Part shown: piece by piece, positions 39,144 to 49,698 of the stretch
Numbering within the stretch: position 1 is the stretch's first letter
Layout: every line of letters starts with the position of its first letter
Assembly: GCA_038142145.1 (NCBI GenBank)
Contig: JAYQJM010000005.1
Location: 8,999-72,998 of the forward strand
DNA: 64,000 nucleotides
Direction of reading: 5' to 3'
DNA from: Candidatus Actinomarina sp.
GTDB lineage: Bacteria > Actinomycetota > Acidimicrobiia > Actinomarinales > Actinomarinaceae
Translations under genes and position numbers: made by a program
Notes under the pieces: model-generated
Seen by the model: only the letters and a program-made list of their open reading frames with translations
Database searches by the model: none
Told to the model about the DNA's origin: nothing

Positions 39144-40158
39144 TTATTCACCAAAAAAAGGTGGTATTTCAACTTATTTAAATTCATTTGTTGAACATTT
39201 AAATTTTGAAAAGATTGTTTATGCACCGAGTTGGGCAGAAGGTGAAAATGTAATTCAATCAAAATCAAATTTTATTTTTGGTTCAAAAAGCCAGATAACT
39301 GAAATAAGAGAAATAATAGAGTCTGAAAAAATTGAACTTATTCTTCATGGTTCTAGCAACCCCCAGTTCTTGCTTGTAAATAAATTGAAAAATTTTGGTG
39401 TACCTCAAGCAATGATTGTTCATGGTGCAGAATTCAATGTAATTGATTCAATACCAGTGTTAAGTAAATTATTTAGAAATAGCTTAAATCAACTTCATAC
39501 AATATTTTCTGTTAGTTTTTTTACTTCAAGAAAATTACAGGAAATTACAAATACTCAAATAGAGATTTTAGGTGCTGGAACTAAGAAAATAGATTTTGCT
39601 AGGGAGTTTAAAACTGAAAATTTGACTATTGGAGTCAGTAGTCGATTTGTATCTAGGAAAAAAATTAACTGGGTTATTGATGCAATTCATGAATTAAATT
39701 TAAGTGGACATAATCTATCTTTAAATATTTTTGGATTTGGAAAATTAGAAAATTATCTTAAAAAGCTAGCAGATATATCTAGTGCAAATATCAAATTTTT
39801 TAAAGATGAGTCTGATGATTCGTTAGATAAATTTTATAAAGAAATTGATGTATTTGTAATGCCTTCGAAATCTAGATACTTTGGCAAAGAATTTGAAGGT
39901 CTTGGTTTAGTGTATTTAGAAGCCGGTAGTTACCAAATGCCCGTAATGGTTGGAACTTCTGGAGGAGCATTTGAAACAATTGTCCCAGGCAAAACTGGCT
40001 TTATCGTATCTTCTAGGAATGACATTTATGATGGAATTAATTATTTTTTAAGCAACCCTAGTTCTTTAAAAGATTTTTCAATAGCTTCAAAAGAGTATGT
40101 TGATGAAAATTTTGATTGGGAAAAAGTTCTAAAAATTTTTGAAAATTCATTTAGCTGA
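39118..40158 (+). CDS. GT4 glycosyltransferase (PimB-like)
   Basis: TNDYSPKKGGI, RFVSRK, EGLGLVYLEA, SGGAFET. Confidence 0.88.
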   Translation: MKTLVITNDYSPKKGGISTYLNSFVEHLNFEKIVYAPSWAEGENVIQSKSNFIFGSKSQITEIREIIESEKIELILHGSSNPQFLLVNKLKNFGVPQAMIVHGAEFNVIDSIPVLSKLFRNSLNQLHTIFSVSFFTSRKLQEITNTQIEILGAGTKKIDFAREFKTENLTIGVSSRFVSRKKINWVIDAIHELNLSGHNLSLNIFGFGKLENYLKKLADISSANIKFFKDESDDSLDKFYKEIDVFVMPSKSRYFGKEFEGLGLVYLEAGSYQMPVMVGTSGGAFETIVPGKTGFIVSSRNDIYDGINYFLSNPSSLKDFSIASKEYVDENFDWEKVLKIFENSFS

Positions 40159-42837
40159 ATTATCACCAAATATAGCTAACACTTCATTTTCGTTTATAGA
40201 TATTGCATCTCTTGGATTTTCTAGAGGCTTGTTTTTCTTTTCGGTAAGGATTTTATTCATTAAATTATCTTTTGTAGCATCCTCTGTTTTCATTCGGAAT
40301 CTTCCTCTATAAAAGACTATTTCTAATGATTTGGCTAGTTCAACCAATTCGTCTTTATTTAAATTTTTAATGTATTTTTCTTCGAATTGAAAATGAGACT
40401 GAATCCTAGAGATCATTTCTTCCTTAGAAATACTTTTTGGTAATTTTAGAGTTTCACCTGTAGCAAGATTTGAAATCTTTTTTGACTTATCACTATCTAT
40501 AAGTTCTAGAATTTCATCTTTCTTCATTTCATTGAGTTGCTCGGTTTCAAAAACTATTCTAGGTCTTTGCTTTATAGCGTAGCCACCATATGGCCCAACA
40601 GCTGAACTGTAAGTCCAACCTGATTGTTCTGTAATTTTTCGAGGATTTTTTGCAGAAAGTGAAAATCTACTTATTGCTTCATCAGTGCTTAATAGGTTTG
40701 GATCTTCATCCTCAAAAATAGGTCCGATTAGATTTTTATAAATACATTTTTCTTGTCTAACGCCTTTTTCTCTCACACCATGTTGAATATAAAAGTTTCC
40801 ATTTGGACCTAATTTAATGTAAATTAACGAAGAACATTCTGTGCATTTAGAAACCTCTCGTTCTTTTTTCAAACTTTCTTCCTGTTGTGCTTCAAGAATC
40901 TTAATAAATTCTTTATCTATTTCCTCCATCGAAATTTCAGGAGGTAGACCAACTTTAAAGTCGTCATCTCTTAATAAATATGGATAAGGAATCTTTCCTT
41001 GAATTCTTCCAGTTTTCACTACGTAATTTGAATCAAAAGGAAGGTTGACTGTTGTTAGTTTTAAAGGATCTTGTACACCATAGTTTTGTATTAAGTTTTT
41101 AATTTTTTGATGCGATTCATTTAAAAAATTAACTTTAGACTTTTGAGGATCGGAACTGTCCAAAATCTTATCTAGCTCGTCTTCCATTGATTTAGAAAAT
41201 TCATAATCTATATATTGCTCAAAAAATGGTTTCATAAAGTTATTAATTAAAGCCATAGCTAATATTCTTGGTTTTAAACTTGATTCGGCATTAATAAATA
41301 CTGAAGTAATGCTCTCAATGATAGACACATAAGTTGATGGTCTGCCAATTCCTAATTCTTCTAATTTATTTATTAAAGAAGTTGAAGAATATCTATTTGG
41401 AGGATTTGTATATTTCTCTTCAATTAATAAATTAGTTAATACAACTTCTGATGTCTTAGTTAAATTTGGAAGTTCTTGTGATTTTTCACTCAAATCTTTA
41501 ATTAAATCTCTGTATCCACCAAATGTCCAAGTCGTTCCAGAAAGTCCAAAAGTAACTTCACCCATACTCTCAGAATTAATAATAAACTCAATAGTTTTTG
41601 TTATTCCCTGAGCATCAACCATTTGGGAAGCAATGGTTGTGTTAAAAATCAGTTTATATAATTTAAACTCATCGCTGTCTTCTTTATATTTTGCCAATAA
41701 TTCTTCCGGTGTAGTAAATTTTTCTCCTGATGGCCGAATTGCCTCATGAGCAGCTTGAGCATTTTCACTATCACCGTATAAGTTTGGTTTATCTGGTAGA
41801 TATTTTGAGGAAAAGCTTGATTCTATAAAGTCACGAGAAGCTTTTATAGCCACATCAGATAATCTAATAGAATCTGTTCTCATGTAAGTTATGAGGCCTT
41901 CTTGGTATAGCCTTTGTGCAATACCCATAGTTTTTCTAGGTTGGAAACCCAGATTACTTCTAGCTGAAGTTTGCAAGCTAGTAGTTTTAAATGGTTTTGG
42001 AGGCTTCCCAGTTCTGGATGATTCTTTTATTTCTGAAATTTTTCCAGAAGCATCTTTAAGTTGATTTGATAAGACTTCCACTTCTTTCTCATCTAAATAT
42101 TTCTTATCTTTACTAATTTGTTTACCATTTCTGTCAAAATCTGAAGCACCAGCAACTCTAGAGTTTTCTATTTTCTTTAAAGTTGCTTTAAATGAGTTTC
42201 CTTCTGAAGCACAGTCGGCAAATATGTCAAAATATCTAGCTTTGACAAAACTTAGCCTCTCTTCTTCTCTTTCTACTATTAGACGGATAGCAGGCCCTTG
42301 TACTCTACCAGTTGAAATAAAAGCCCCACCAAGATCTCTAACTTTTGGAGAGATTTCATAACCTATCATCCTGTCTAGTGTTCTTCGTGCTTCGTAAGAT
42401 TTGAATTTACCCACGTCAATCTTTTCAGGATTATTAATCGCATTTATAACTGCATTCTCTGTAATTTCATTGAACTTTATTCTTTTAGGTTCAGTTTTTA
42501 GTTCTAATGCTTCATTTAAATGATAAGCAATAGCTTCACCTTCACGGTCATCATCAGTAGCTAGATATACTTCCGGAGCATCATCTGCTAATTTTTTTAA
42601 TTCACTTACAACTTTTTTTCGGTCTTCTGGAACAACGTAAATATTCTCATAGTTTTCTGGCTTCACTGCACCCCAGAGAATTTCTTTATTTGAATATGTC
42701 GAAGGTATTGATTTAGAGTTTCGAGGCAGATCTCTTATATGTCCAACACTAGATTTAACAACATAGTCAGATCCCAAAATTTTTGATATAGTTTTGACTT
42801 TTGTTGGAGACTCAACAATTACTAAAGGTTTAGACAT
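40147..42837 (-). CDS. topA: DNA topoisomerase I
   Basis: IVESPTK, GHIRDL, ATDDDREGE, STGRVQ, ITYMRTDS, AHEAIRP, GIGRPSTY. Confidence 0.97.
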   Translation of the reverse strand: MSKPLVIVESPTKVKTISKILGSDYVVKSSVGHIRDLPRNSKSIPSTYSNKEILWGAVKPENYENIYVVPEDRKKVVSELKKLADDAPEVYLATDDDREGEAIAYHLNEALELKTEPKRIKFNEITENAVINAINNPEKIDVGKFKSYEARRTLDRMIGYEISPKVRDLGGAFISTGRVQGPAIRLIVEREEERLSFVKARYFDIFADCASEGNSFKATLKKIENSRVAGASDFDRNGKQISKDKKYLDEKEVEVLSNQLKDASGKISEIKESSRTGKPPKPFKTTSLQTSARSNLGFQPRKTMGIAQRLYQEGLITYMRTDSIRLSDVAIKASRDFIESSFSSKYLPDKPNLYGDSENAQAAHEAIRPSGEKFTTPEELLAKYKEDSDEFKLYKLIFNTTIASQMVDAQGITKTIEFIINSESMGEVTFGLSGTTWTFGGYRDLIKDLSEKSQELPNLTKTSEVVLTNLLIEEKYTNPPNRYSSTSLINKLEELGIGRPSTYVSIIESITSVFINAESSLKPRILAMALINNFMKPFFEQYIDYEFSKSMEDELDKILDSSDPQKSKVNFLNESHQKIKNLIQNYGVQDPLKLTTVNLPFDSNYVVKTGRIQGKIPYPYLLRDDDFKVGLPPEISMEEIDKEFIKILEAQQEESLKKEREVSKCTECSSLIYIKLGPNGNFYIQHGVREKGVRQEKCIYKNLIGPIFEDEDPNLLSTDEAISRFSLSAKNPRKITEQSGWTYSSAVGPYGGYAIKQRPRIVFETEQLNEMKKDEILELIDSDKSKKISNLATGETLKLPKSISKEEMISRIQSHFQFEEKYIKNLNKDELVELAKSLEIVFYRGRFRMKTEDATKDNLMNKILTEKKNKPLENPRDAISINENEVLAIFGDNSAK

Positions 42838-42925
42838 GTCCTTATTGATAACAGTATTTTTAGTAAATGTACAGCATTTATGAAAAAAAAGTATTTTTAA
42901 TAGTTATTAGGATAAAGATAGACGT

Positions 42926-44257
42926 ATGAAGAATATAAAAATTTTCTCAAAATCACAATTTTCAATTTTGTGGTGGTCCGGTACTTTATCAAGTTTCGGA
43001 GACTGGGCAACACTATTTGCATCAGTTGCACTTGCTAGTCATCTTGGTTCTCAACAGGGTAATTCTGAAATAACTGCAGTTGTACCAATTGTCGCCCGTA
43101 TTATTCCAGCTTTTATGTCTTCATTAGCTGGTCTACTTGCTGATAGGTTGCAAAAGAAAAACATAATGATATTTTGTGATTTTGTGCGTATATGGGTTGT
43201 TTTAGGATTATTTTTTTCTACAACATTATTCCAATTATTCATCATCAACTTTATTTCAGAAATCTTTTCACTGACGAGACAACCTGCAAGAGAATCAATT
43301 GTTCCCGAAGTTGTTAATGATGAATATTTAGTCAAAGCCAATTCACTTTTTGTTGTAGGAACCTATGCTTCTCTTCCAATAGCTTCACTTGTATTTGGTT
43401 TTGTTTCAGATTCAGATTTTATTGTTGATTTAGTTAATTTTGGAAATGGTTGGTCTGGTTCGTTTATATTTTTGTTAGACGCAGTTACTTTTTCAATCTC
43501 TTGTCTTTTACTGTTGTTCTTGCAACCCAATAAAAATCAAGTTTTTCTAAGTGAAGAAAGAACTGCTATTAATGATTTAAAAGAAGGGTTTAAATATTTT
43601 CTTAGCATTTATGAATTAAGAATTGTTACAGTTTCAATTTCTCTAAGTCTTGTTGGTGCAGGTGCACTTTTTGTTTTAGGAAACTCATACTTAACAGAAT
43701 CCTTAAAGTTTACTCAAAGCTCTTTTGGTTTTATGATTGCATCTTTTGGGTTTGGAATAATTTCAATTATGGTCATATTAAGTTATTTTGTTACGTCTTT
43801 TAAACGAATTCCATTTTTTATTGGAATAAGCATGATAATTACAGGAACGTCATTATTGTTTGCGTTTAATTCACAAGAATTTTCTACACTTTTATTTTTT
43901 ATTTTTATTTCAGGAATTGGCTCAGGGTCAGTTTATTTACTAACTATCAGCTATCTACAAAGTACAACAAAATCAGAATTGAGAGGTAGAGTATTTGGAA
44001 ATTTTTATACAATAGGAAGACTTGCCTTATTGTTATCAGTTTTTTTAGCAGGATTCTTAGCTTCCTATTTAAATGAATATTTCAATGTAGATGGAGTTTT
44101 ATATGTTTTGCGTTTTAGTTCTGTTTTGATCTTGCTTTCAGGTGTATTTTCATTTCTTAGAGGTTATAAAAAACTTTTTCAAGATTTAGGATTTGAAAAT
44201 TCAAATTTTAATAGATTAAGATTAAATCTTGAAAGCGATGAGGATGAACCATTATGA
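42926..44257 (+). CDS. MFS transporter of the type associated with actinobacterial tmk
   Basis: LSSFGDW, AGLLADR, ELRGRVF; 12 TMs; ATGA overlap with tmk. Confidence 0.85.
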   Translation: MKNIKIFSKSQFSILWWSGTLSSFGDWATLFASVALASHLGSQQGNSEITAVVPIVARIIPAFMSSLAGLLADRLQKKNIMIFCDFVRIWVVLGLFFSTTLFQLFIINFISEIFSLTRQPARESIVPEVVNDEYLVKANSLFVVGTYASLPIASLVFGFVSDSDFIVDLVNFGNGWSGSFIFLLDAVTFSISCLLLLFLQPNKNQVFLSEERTAINDLKEGFKYFLSIYELRIVTVSISLSLVGAGALFVLGNSYLTESLKFTQSSFGFMIASFGFGIISIMVILSYFVTSFKRIPFFIGISMIITGTSLLFAFNSQEFSTLLFFIFISGIGSGSVYLLTISYLQSTTKSELRGRVFGNFYTIGRLALLLSVFLAGFLASYLNEYFNVDGVLYVLRFSSVLILLSGVFSFLRGYKKLFQDLGFENSNFNRLRLNLESDEDEPL

Positions 44258-44856
44258 ACCCTACATATATAGCCTTTGAGGGTATTGATGGTTCAGGAAA
44301 ATCTAGCATTGCAAAATTATTTTCTGAAAAACTTCAATCCAATGGAACTCAGAATATTGTGGTCCGTGAACCTGGAGGTACAAAAGTAGGTGAAGGAGTT
44401 CGAAATCTACTACTAAGTCACGAATATAATGTTTCACCATTAACAGAAGCTCTTTTATTCAGCTCTCAAAGATCTCAATTAATAACAGAGGTTGTGAAAC
44501 CCGCTTTAGATGATGGAGTAAGTGTGATTACTGATAGATGTGCTTACTCGTCAGTAGCTTATCAAGGAGTTGGCAGAGATTTAGGATATGAGAAAATATA
44601 TCAACTTAACGATATAGCTATAAATTCTTTTTGGCCTGAAAGAGTAGTTTTGCTCGACATAAATCCTGATATAGCACTAGCTAGACAAGAAGTTGCTGAC
44701 AGAATAGGCAGTGATAAGCTTGAATTTTTTACATCAGTTAGAGAAGGGTATTTAAGAATTGCCGAAGAATTTGAAAACAAGTTTTTGATTATTAATGCAG
44801 AAGAAGAAATTGAAGAAATTTTAAAACAGACATGTCATTGGTTAGGCGTTGAGTAA
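44254..44856 (+). CDS. tmk: Thymidylate kinase
   Basis: FEGIDGSGKS, REPGGT, DR...SSVAYQG. Confidence 0.96.
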   Translation: MNPTYIAFEGIDGSGKSSIAKLFSEKLQSNGTQNIVVREPGGTKVGEGVRNLLLSHEYNVSPLTEALLFSSQRSQLITEVVKPALDDGVSVITDRCAYSSVAYQGVGRDLGYEKIYQLNDIAINSFWPERVVLLDINPDIALARQEVADRIGSDKLEFFTSVREGYLRIAEEFENKFLIINAEEEIEEILKQTCHWLGVE

Positions 44857-45715
44857 CTTAAATCAAAAATTATTAATAGAAGTTTCAAACCCTTTCCATG
44901 CTTATCTAATATTTTCTAACTCATCAAATTATCTAATTGATCAAGCAAAAATGTTTTCAAATCAATTAGTTTTTGGTGAGGAAGGTAATTTAAGTAGCCA
45001 TCCAGATATTAGATTTATTGAATCTGAAAATGTTAATACTCTTGGAATAGATGATGTTAGAGAGGTTATTGCTAAAGACAATCTTTCACCATTAGATGGT
45101 AAGTATAAAGTTATTGTTTTCCCTCCAAATAAATCTTTGACCGAAGAGGCTTCAAATGCCTTGTTGAAGACAATAGAGGAGCCATCAGAAAGTAGTATTT
45201 TTATTCTTTTGTCTAATTCAAAATTTTGGTCTCATGCTAAAGATGATTCAAGTAATGAAATTTTAAACACTATAAAAAGTAGGTGTAGAACTATTTATTT
45301 AAATTCAGAACAAAGCTTTAGCTTTGATTTTTCAATAGATGACTTTTCTAACTATATAAACAATCATTTGAATTTAACTAACAATGCTGAATTTAAACAG
45401 GTAGCTGACTCCTTAAATGATTTAGAAAATTTTCACTCTGCAAGTGGACCAGAAAAGTTAAAAAAAGTAATTCTATTTCACAATGAATGCAACTCTCTTA
45501 AAGATAGTTTGCCAGATGAACTTAATATTTCTTTGAATAAATTAGTTGTTGAATGTCTTCGATATCTTTCAGCATCTCTCATTAGTAGATCTGATATAAA
45601 TAAAAATAGATATCGGTTTGCTGAACAACTTGAAGAAGCAATGTCTAACATTCAAAATGGAATGAGGCCGATAGTGGTTCTCAGTGAATTAACAACAGAA
45701 AAAGCTAGTTTATGA
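44849..45715 (+). CDS. holB: DNA polymerase III delta-prime subunit-like (divergent)
   Basis: HAYL, HPD, IDDVR, ASNALLKTIEEP, TIKSRC; follows tmk. Confidence 0.82.
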   Translation: MSNLNQKLLIEVSNPFHAYLIFSNSSNYLIDQAKMFSNQLVFGEEGNLSSHPDIRFIESENVNTLGIDDVREVIAKDNLSPLDGKYKVIVFPPNKSLTEEASNALLKTIEEPSESSIFILLSNSKFWSHAKDDSSNEILNTIKSRCRTIYLNSEQSFSFDFSIDDFSNYINNHLNLTNNAEFKQVADSLNDLENFHSASGPEKLKKVILFHNECNSLKDSLPDELNISLNKLVVECLRYLSASLISRSDINKNRYRFAEQLEEAMSNIQNGMRPIVVLSELTTEKASL

Positions 45716-46539
45716 GCAGGATAATCTTACTTGGAACTGGGTGTCCTAGTCCAAGCCATTTAAGATATGGTCCAAGTTCTTTAATTGAATACAAGGATGA
45801 AAAAATATTAATAGATGCTGGTTCTGGTGTCACTCAGCGTTTAAGTCAAGCAGGAGTGAAACCGTCAGAAATAGATGCTGTATTTATTACTCATCTCCAC
45901 TCAGATCATATTGTTGATTTATATCAACTCTTTATTTCAAGTTGGCATACTGGTCGGTCAAAAAGTTTTAAAGTTTATGGTCCAAAAGGTATAAAATCAT
46001 TTTTTCAAAAGATGCTGGATGCATTTGATGAAGAGTTAAGTTTAAGAAAAAATTGGGAGAGAAGAACAAATAATTCAGGTCTAGATTGTGAAATTGTTGA
46101 GTTGAATTTTGGAGATATTGTTAAGAATGATAAATTATCTATCAAAGCATTTGAAGTAGATCATTTCCCAGTCGAACCTGCCTTTGGATATTCAATCTTT
46201 ACGGGATCAGAAAAGATAATCTTTTCTGGAGACACAAGATACTCTAAAAATTTAATTAATGAAGCAGAAAAAGCTGAATACTTAATTCATGAGGTATTTG
46301 TTGGGTTAGATTTTGATCCAAAAAGAATGACAGAGGAAACCGTCAAAAATGTAGAAGATTATCACACCAGACCAGAAGAAGTTGCGAAATTAGCACAGTT
46401 AGCTGAAGTTAAATCGTTGATTTTAAACCATTTTGTACCACCAGTTTTTGATGAGAGTAAATTAAAAGAAACAATTGCAGAATTTTATAAAGGTGACATT
46501 TTTGTAGGTGAAGATCTTATGGAATTTAAATTGCTTTAG
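45712..46539 (+). CDS. MBL-fold hydrolase, RNase Z/AtsA-like
   Basis: LLGTG.P, THLHSDH, FSGDT, HE, YHT, LNHF. Confidence 0.88.
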   Translation: MSRIILLGTGCPSPSHLRYGPSSLIEYKDEKILIDAGSGVTQRLSQAGVKPSEIDAVFITHLHSDHIVDLYQLFISSWHTGRSKSFKVYGPKGIKSFFQKMLDAFDEELSLRKNWERRTNNSGLDCEIVELNFGDIVKNDKLSIKAFEVDHFPVEPAFGYSIFTGSEKIIFSGDTRYSKNLINEAEKAEYLIHEVFVGLDFDPKRMTEETVKNVEDYHTRPEEVAKLAQLAEVKSLILNHFVPPVFDESKLKETIAEFYKGDIFVGEDLMEFKLL

Positions 46540-46577
46540 ATTTGTTTACTCAAGGTAGTTTTTAGTAACCTAAATAT

Positions 46578-47846
46578 ATGAACATACCTAAAGTGCCAGG
46601 ACTACCAGTCATTGGACACTCAGTTCCATTTCAAAACAATGCACTTAACTTTACTTCAAAAATGCAAAAGAAATATGGAGATATTTTTGAGATATCACTA
46701 TTAAATGAAAAATTTGTTGTAATACTAGACCCAATCTCTACTAAGGAGATATTTTTAGATAAAGATAACAATTTTTCTTCCAAAGAAGGATGGTCATTTA
46801 CCTTAGGTCCAACTTTTGAAAATGGACTAATGTTACGTGATTTTGATGACCATAAATATCATAGATCTTTATTGCAAGATTCTTTTCGTCATGATGCAAT
46901 CCATAATTACTTAAATATCATTCAGCCAACAATTGATAATTGGATTAAAACTTTATCAGAATCAAAAAACTTCAATCTTTATGATTCAGTTAAACAACTT
47001 ATGTTCGATATTTCTCTGAGGCTATTTTTTCTTGATGTAAAACCTGATGAATCTAAATTTTTAAATAAATTGTTTACTGATTCAATTTCATCAGCAACAT
47101 CGTTGTTACGATGGCCACTTCCATTTACAAAATTAAAGAAAGGAATTGCAGCAAGAGAATATTTGCTAGATTATTTTCAAGAAAAAGCAAAGCTTGTCAA
47201 TGAAGATACAGACAAAACATTGTTTGCGGAATTAGTGAGAACAAATAAAGGTGATGCTGGACTTTCAGATTTTGAGATTGCAGAACATATGATATTTTTG
47301 TTGCTTGCTGCTCATGACACAACAACAATTACTTTGACAAATTCGTTGTATTACCTATCCCAAGATGAAGATTACAGAAATAATGTTTTGAATGAATCTT
47401 TAAGTGTTGACCATACTGATATTTCTTCCTTAAAAAATGGTAATTTTGCAGAAGCTATGTTCAAAGAAGCAATGAGAATTTATCCTCCGGTTCCATTTTC
47501 AATTAGATATGTTGTTGATAATATTGTTGTAAATGGTGCAACATTAAAAGGAGGCACATACACTACAATTAGCCCTCTTTTACTTCATCACGATGAAAGA
47601 TATTGGAGTAATCCAAGCATTTTTGATCCTCTTAGATTTATAGATCCTAGTTATCACAATGATGCATATTTTCCATTTGCTGGTGGGGCACATACTTGTT
47701 TGGGTAAATTTTTTGCAAGCTATATGTATAAAAACGTTGTTTATAAGTTTGTTCAATCTTTTAATGACTACAAAATTAATGAGAAATTAGAGATAAGACC
47801 AACCCCCATTCCCCATCCACTAGAGGATGTAAGAGTCTCAATTTAA
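46578..47846 (+). CDS. Cytochrome P450 (CYP136-like)
   Basis: I-helix AAHDTT, EAMR, FDPLRF, heme motif PFAGGAHTCLG. Confidence 0.94.
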   Translation: MNIPKVPGLPVIGHSVPFQNNALNFTSKMQKKYGDIFEISLLNEKFVVILDPISTKEIFLDKDNNFSSKEGWSFTLGPTFENGLMLRDFDDHKYHRSLLQDSFRHDAIHNYLNIIQPTIDNWIKTLSESKNFNLYDSVKQLMFDISLRLFFLDVKPDESKFLNKLFTDSISSATSLLRWPLPFTKLKKGIAAREYLLDYFQEKAKLVNEDTDKTLFAELVRTNKGDAGLSDFEIAEHMIFLLLAAHDTTTITLTNSLYYLSQDEDYRNNVLNESLSVDHTDISSLKNGNFAEAMFKEAMRIYPPVPFSIRYVVDNIVVNGATLKGGTYTTISPLLLHHDERYWSNPSIFDPLRFIDPSYHNDAYFPFAGGAHTCLGKFFASYMYKNVVYKFVQSFNDYKINEKLEIRPTPIPHPLEDVRVSI

Positions 47847-48445
47847 TTTTCTATAAAGTACCAAAGGTGTAGACAAGCAATGGTTTTATATGGATTCCAT
47901 TTTTCTGCATATTGTGTATATTCTTGAAAGTCTTTAGAGTCAACCATGTTCAAAGTTTTCATTGCTTCCCTCAAAGCTGCGTCCCCTGGAGAAAAAATAT
48001 TTAAATCTCTGGCACAAAACATTTCAAACATTTCAACACTCCATGGTCCAATTCCAAAAATATTTAACAATTCCTTCTCTCGATCTGTTTTAGAAAGTTT
48101 AAAAATTGAATTTTTAGTTGATTGAGATGAGAAATATTTTTCTAATTCTTTTATTGATTTAGCTTTGTTAGTACTTAAACCAAGATCTTTAACTTCTTGA
48201 ATAGATAGCTTTTGAAAAGAACTTATTGAAAATTTCTTTTCATTCAAACTAATAAGCATTTTCTTTTTTATTCCAGCTGCTGCTTTGGTTGAGATAAATT
48301 GAGAAATTACTATATTTACTAGCTCATTAAATGGATCTTTTTTTTTCGCACTGAAGTCAATGGGACCATTTTGTTGTATTAATTTTGAAATTGGAAGCTT
48401 CAGTGAAATTAAATACTCTTCTTCACTACTAAATTTTGTTGCCAT
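47843..48445 (-). CDS. DNA-3-methyladenine glycosylase (HhH-GPD/AlkA-like)
   Basis: ISQFIS.KAA, GLS..K, GIGPWS, PGD, W.PY. Confidence 0.85.
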   Translation of the reverse strand: MATKFSSEEEYLISLKLPISKLIQQNGPIDFSAKKKDPFNELVNIVISQFISTKAAAGIKKKMLISLNEKKFSISSFQKLSIQEVKDLGLSTNKAKSIKELEKYFSSQSTKNSIFKLSKTDREKELLNIFGIGPWSVEMFEMFCARDLNIFSPGDAALREAMKTLNMVDSKDFQEYTQYAEKWNPYKTIACLHLWYFIEN

Positions 48446-48447
48446 TA

Positions 48448-49623
48448 TTAAAGATTGATTTTATTTAGTTTTCTTAGACTTAGAAGTAAATATGATGAAA
48501 TTAAGATACCTATGAGATTGAGCCCACTATATCCAATTAATAAATAGCTTATTCCAAGTGAAGTATGAGCAATAAAGCTACCTGCAAATACATAAGTATC
48601 ACTCTTTATGTTTAAAGGTGTTGAATATTTTAAAGAAAACTTCGCAATGGCAGAACTTATCGCAACATAGTTAAAGTTCCATCCCAAACCTAATAAATAA
48701 AGACCTATCTTAAGAAAAAAAGGTTCAGAGTTTAAAAAAGTAATAATACAACTTAGTAAAAGAATTGAAGAGCCAGCATATGTAAATTTCTTATATCCAT
48801 ATTTATCTACATAATTGCCAAGAATCGGTGAAAAGAGAAACATTCCAAGTGTGTGGTAGCTAATAATAACTCCAACCAACTTGACTGTTTCTCCAATGTC
48901 TTGAATGTGAAGAGGTGTAGCAGACATTATTACCACCATTGTGAAATGATTGAGGACTAATAAAACTGATAAAAAAGTTCCATCTTTATTATTTGAAATA
49001 TTATCGGAACTTTGAGTCTCAATTGTCTCTTTTTCTCTTAAGGGATTATTTTTGGAGGTAAAAATAATAATTGAGAGTGATGCAAAGAACATTCCTAATG
49101 TCGCAACAATATATCCAATAATTAAATCTGAGGCGAAAATTTTTGCAAAGTAGTCCGAATATTCACCCACAAGGCGAGGTCCAAATATAGAACCAAAAAC
49201 TGAAAACCATACAGCTAAGGAAAGGGCTGTAGCTTTAAACTTATCTGATGCCACAAATGAAGCAGCATATCTTGATTGCAAGGTTGCAGATTGGCCAATA
49301 CCCAGTACAAACGCACCTACCAACAATAAAGCGAATGAATCAATTAAAAGACTTGTAAATAGAATCACACCACCAATTGCACCTATTGCAAAAGTTGCAC
49401 TCAGTGCATGAATTCTTGAATATTTTTTGCTTAATTTATAGAACAGTTGAGTACCAAGTGTCGCACCTCCAACGCCAATAGCATTTGGAAAACCTACAAA
49501 CAATGGATTATTTGAAACTTCACGAGCTGCTAGAACAGTAACTGTAATTGCCGCAATAAATCCAATCGAGGAGAATCCAACAGATAAAAGAAGACTTGAA
49601 ATTTTTTTGATTTCTTTAAGCAT
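48448..49623 (-). CDS. MFS transporter
   Basis: About 12 TMs; Q.RYAA, MSATPLH, HTLGMF.FSP..G..VDK.G, LGLGWNF. Confidence 0.85.
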   Translation of the reverse strand: MLKEIKKISSLLLSVGFSSIGFIAAITVTVLAAREVSNNPLFVGFPNAIGVGGATLGTQLFYKLSKKYSRIHALSATFAIGAIGGVILFTSLLIDSFALLLVGAFVLGIGQSATLQSRYAASFVASDKFKATALSLAVWFSVFGSIFGPRLVGEYSDYFAKIFASDLIIGYIVATLGMFFASLSIIIFTSKNNPLREKETIETQSSDNISNNKDGTFLSVLLVLNHFTMVVIMSATPLHIQDIGETVKLVGVIISYHTLGMFLFSPILGNYVDKYGYKKFTYAGSSILLLSCIITFLNSEPFFLKIGLYLLGLGWNFNYVAISSAIAKFSLKYSTPLNIKSDTYVFAGSFIAHTSLGISYLLIGYSGLNLIGILISSYLLLSLRKLNKINL

Positions 49624-49682
49624 GTTCTTTAAGGATACTTATTTAAATTAAGTTAAACATAATTGAATTAAATTTATTAATT

Positions 49683-49691
49683 TGTTACTAT
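49683..49691 (+). promoter_or_regulatory. Extended -10 promoter (TGnTACTAT) of the met operon
   Basis: TGTTACTAT ends 7 nt before the first riboswitch stem. Confidence 0.55.
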
Positions 49692-49698
49692 AGTAATT

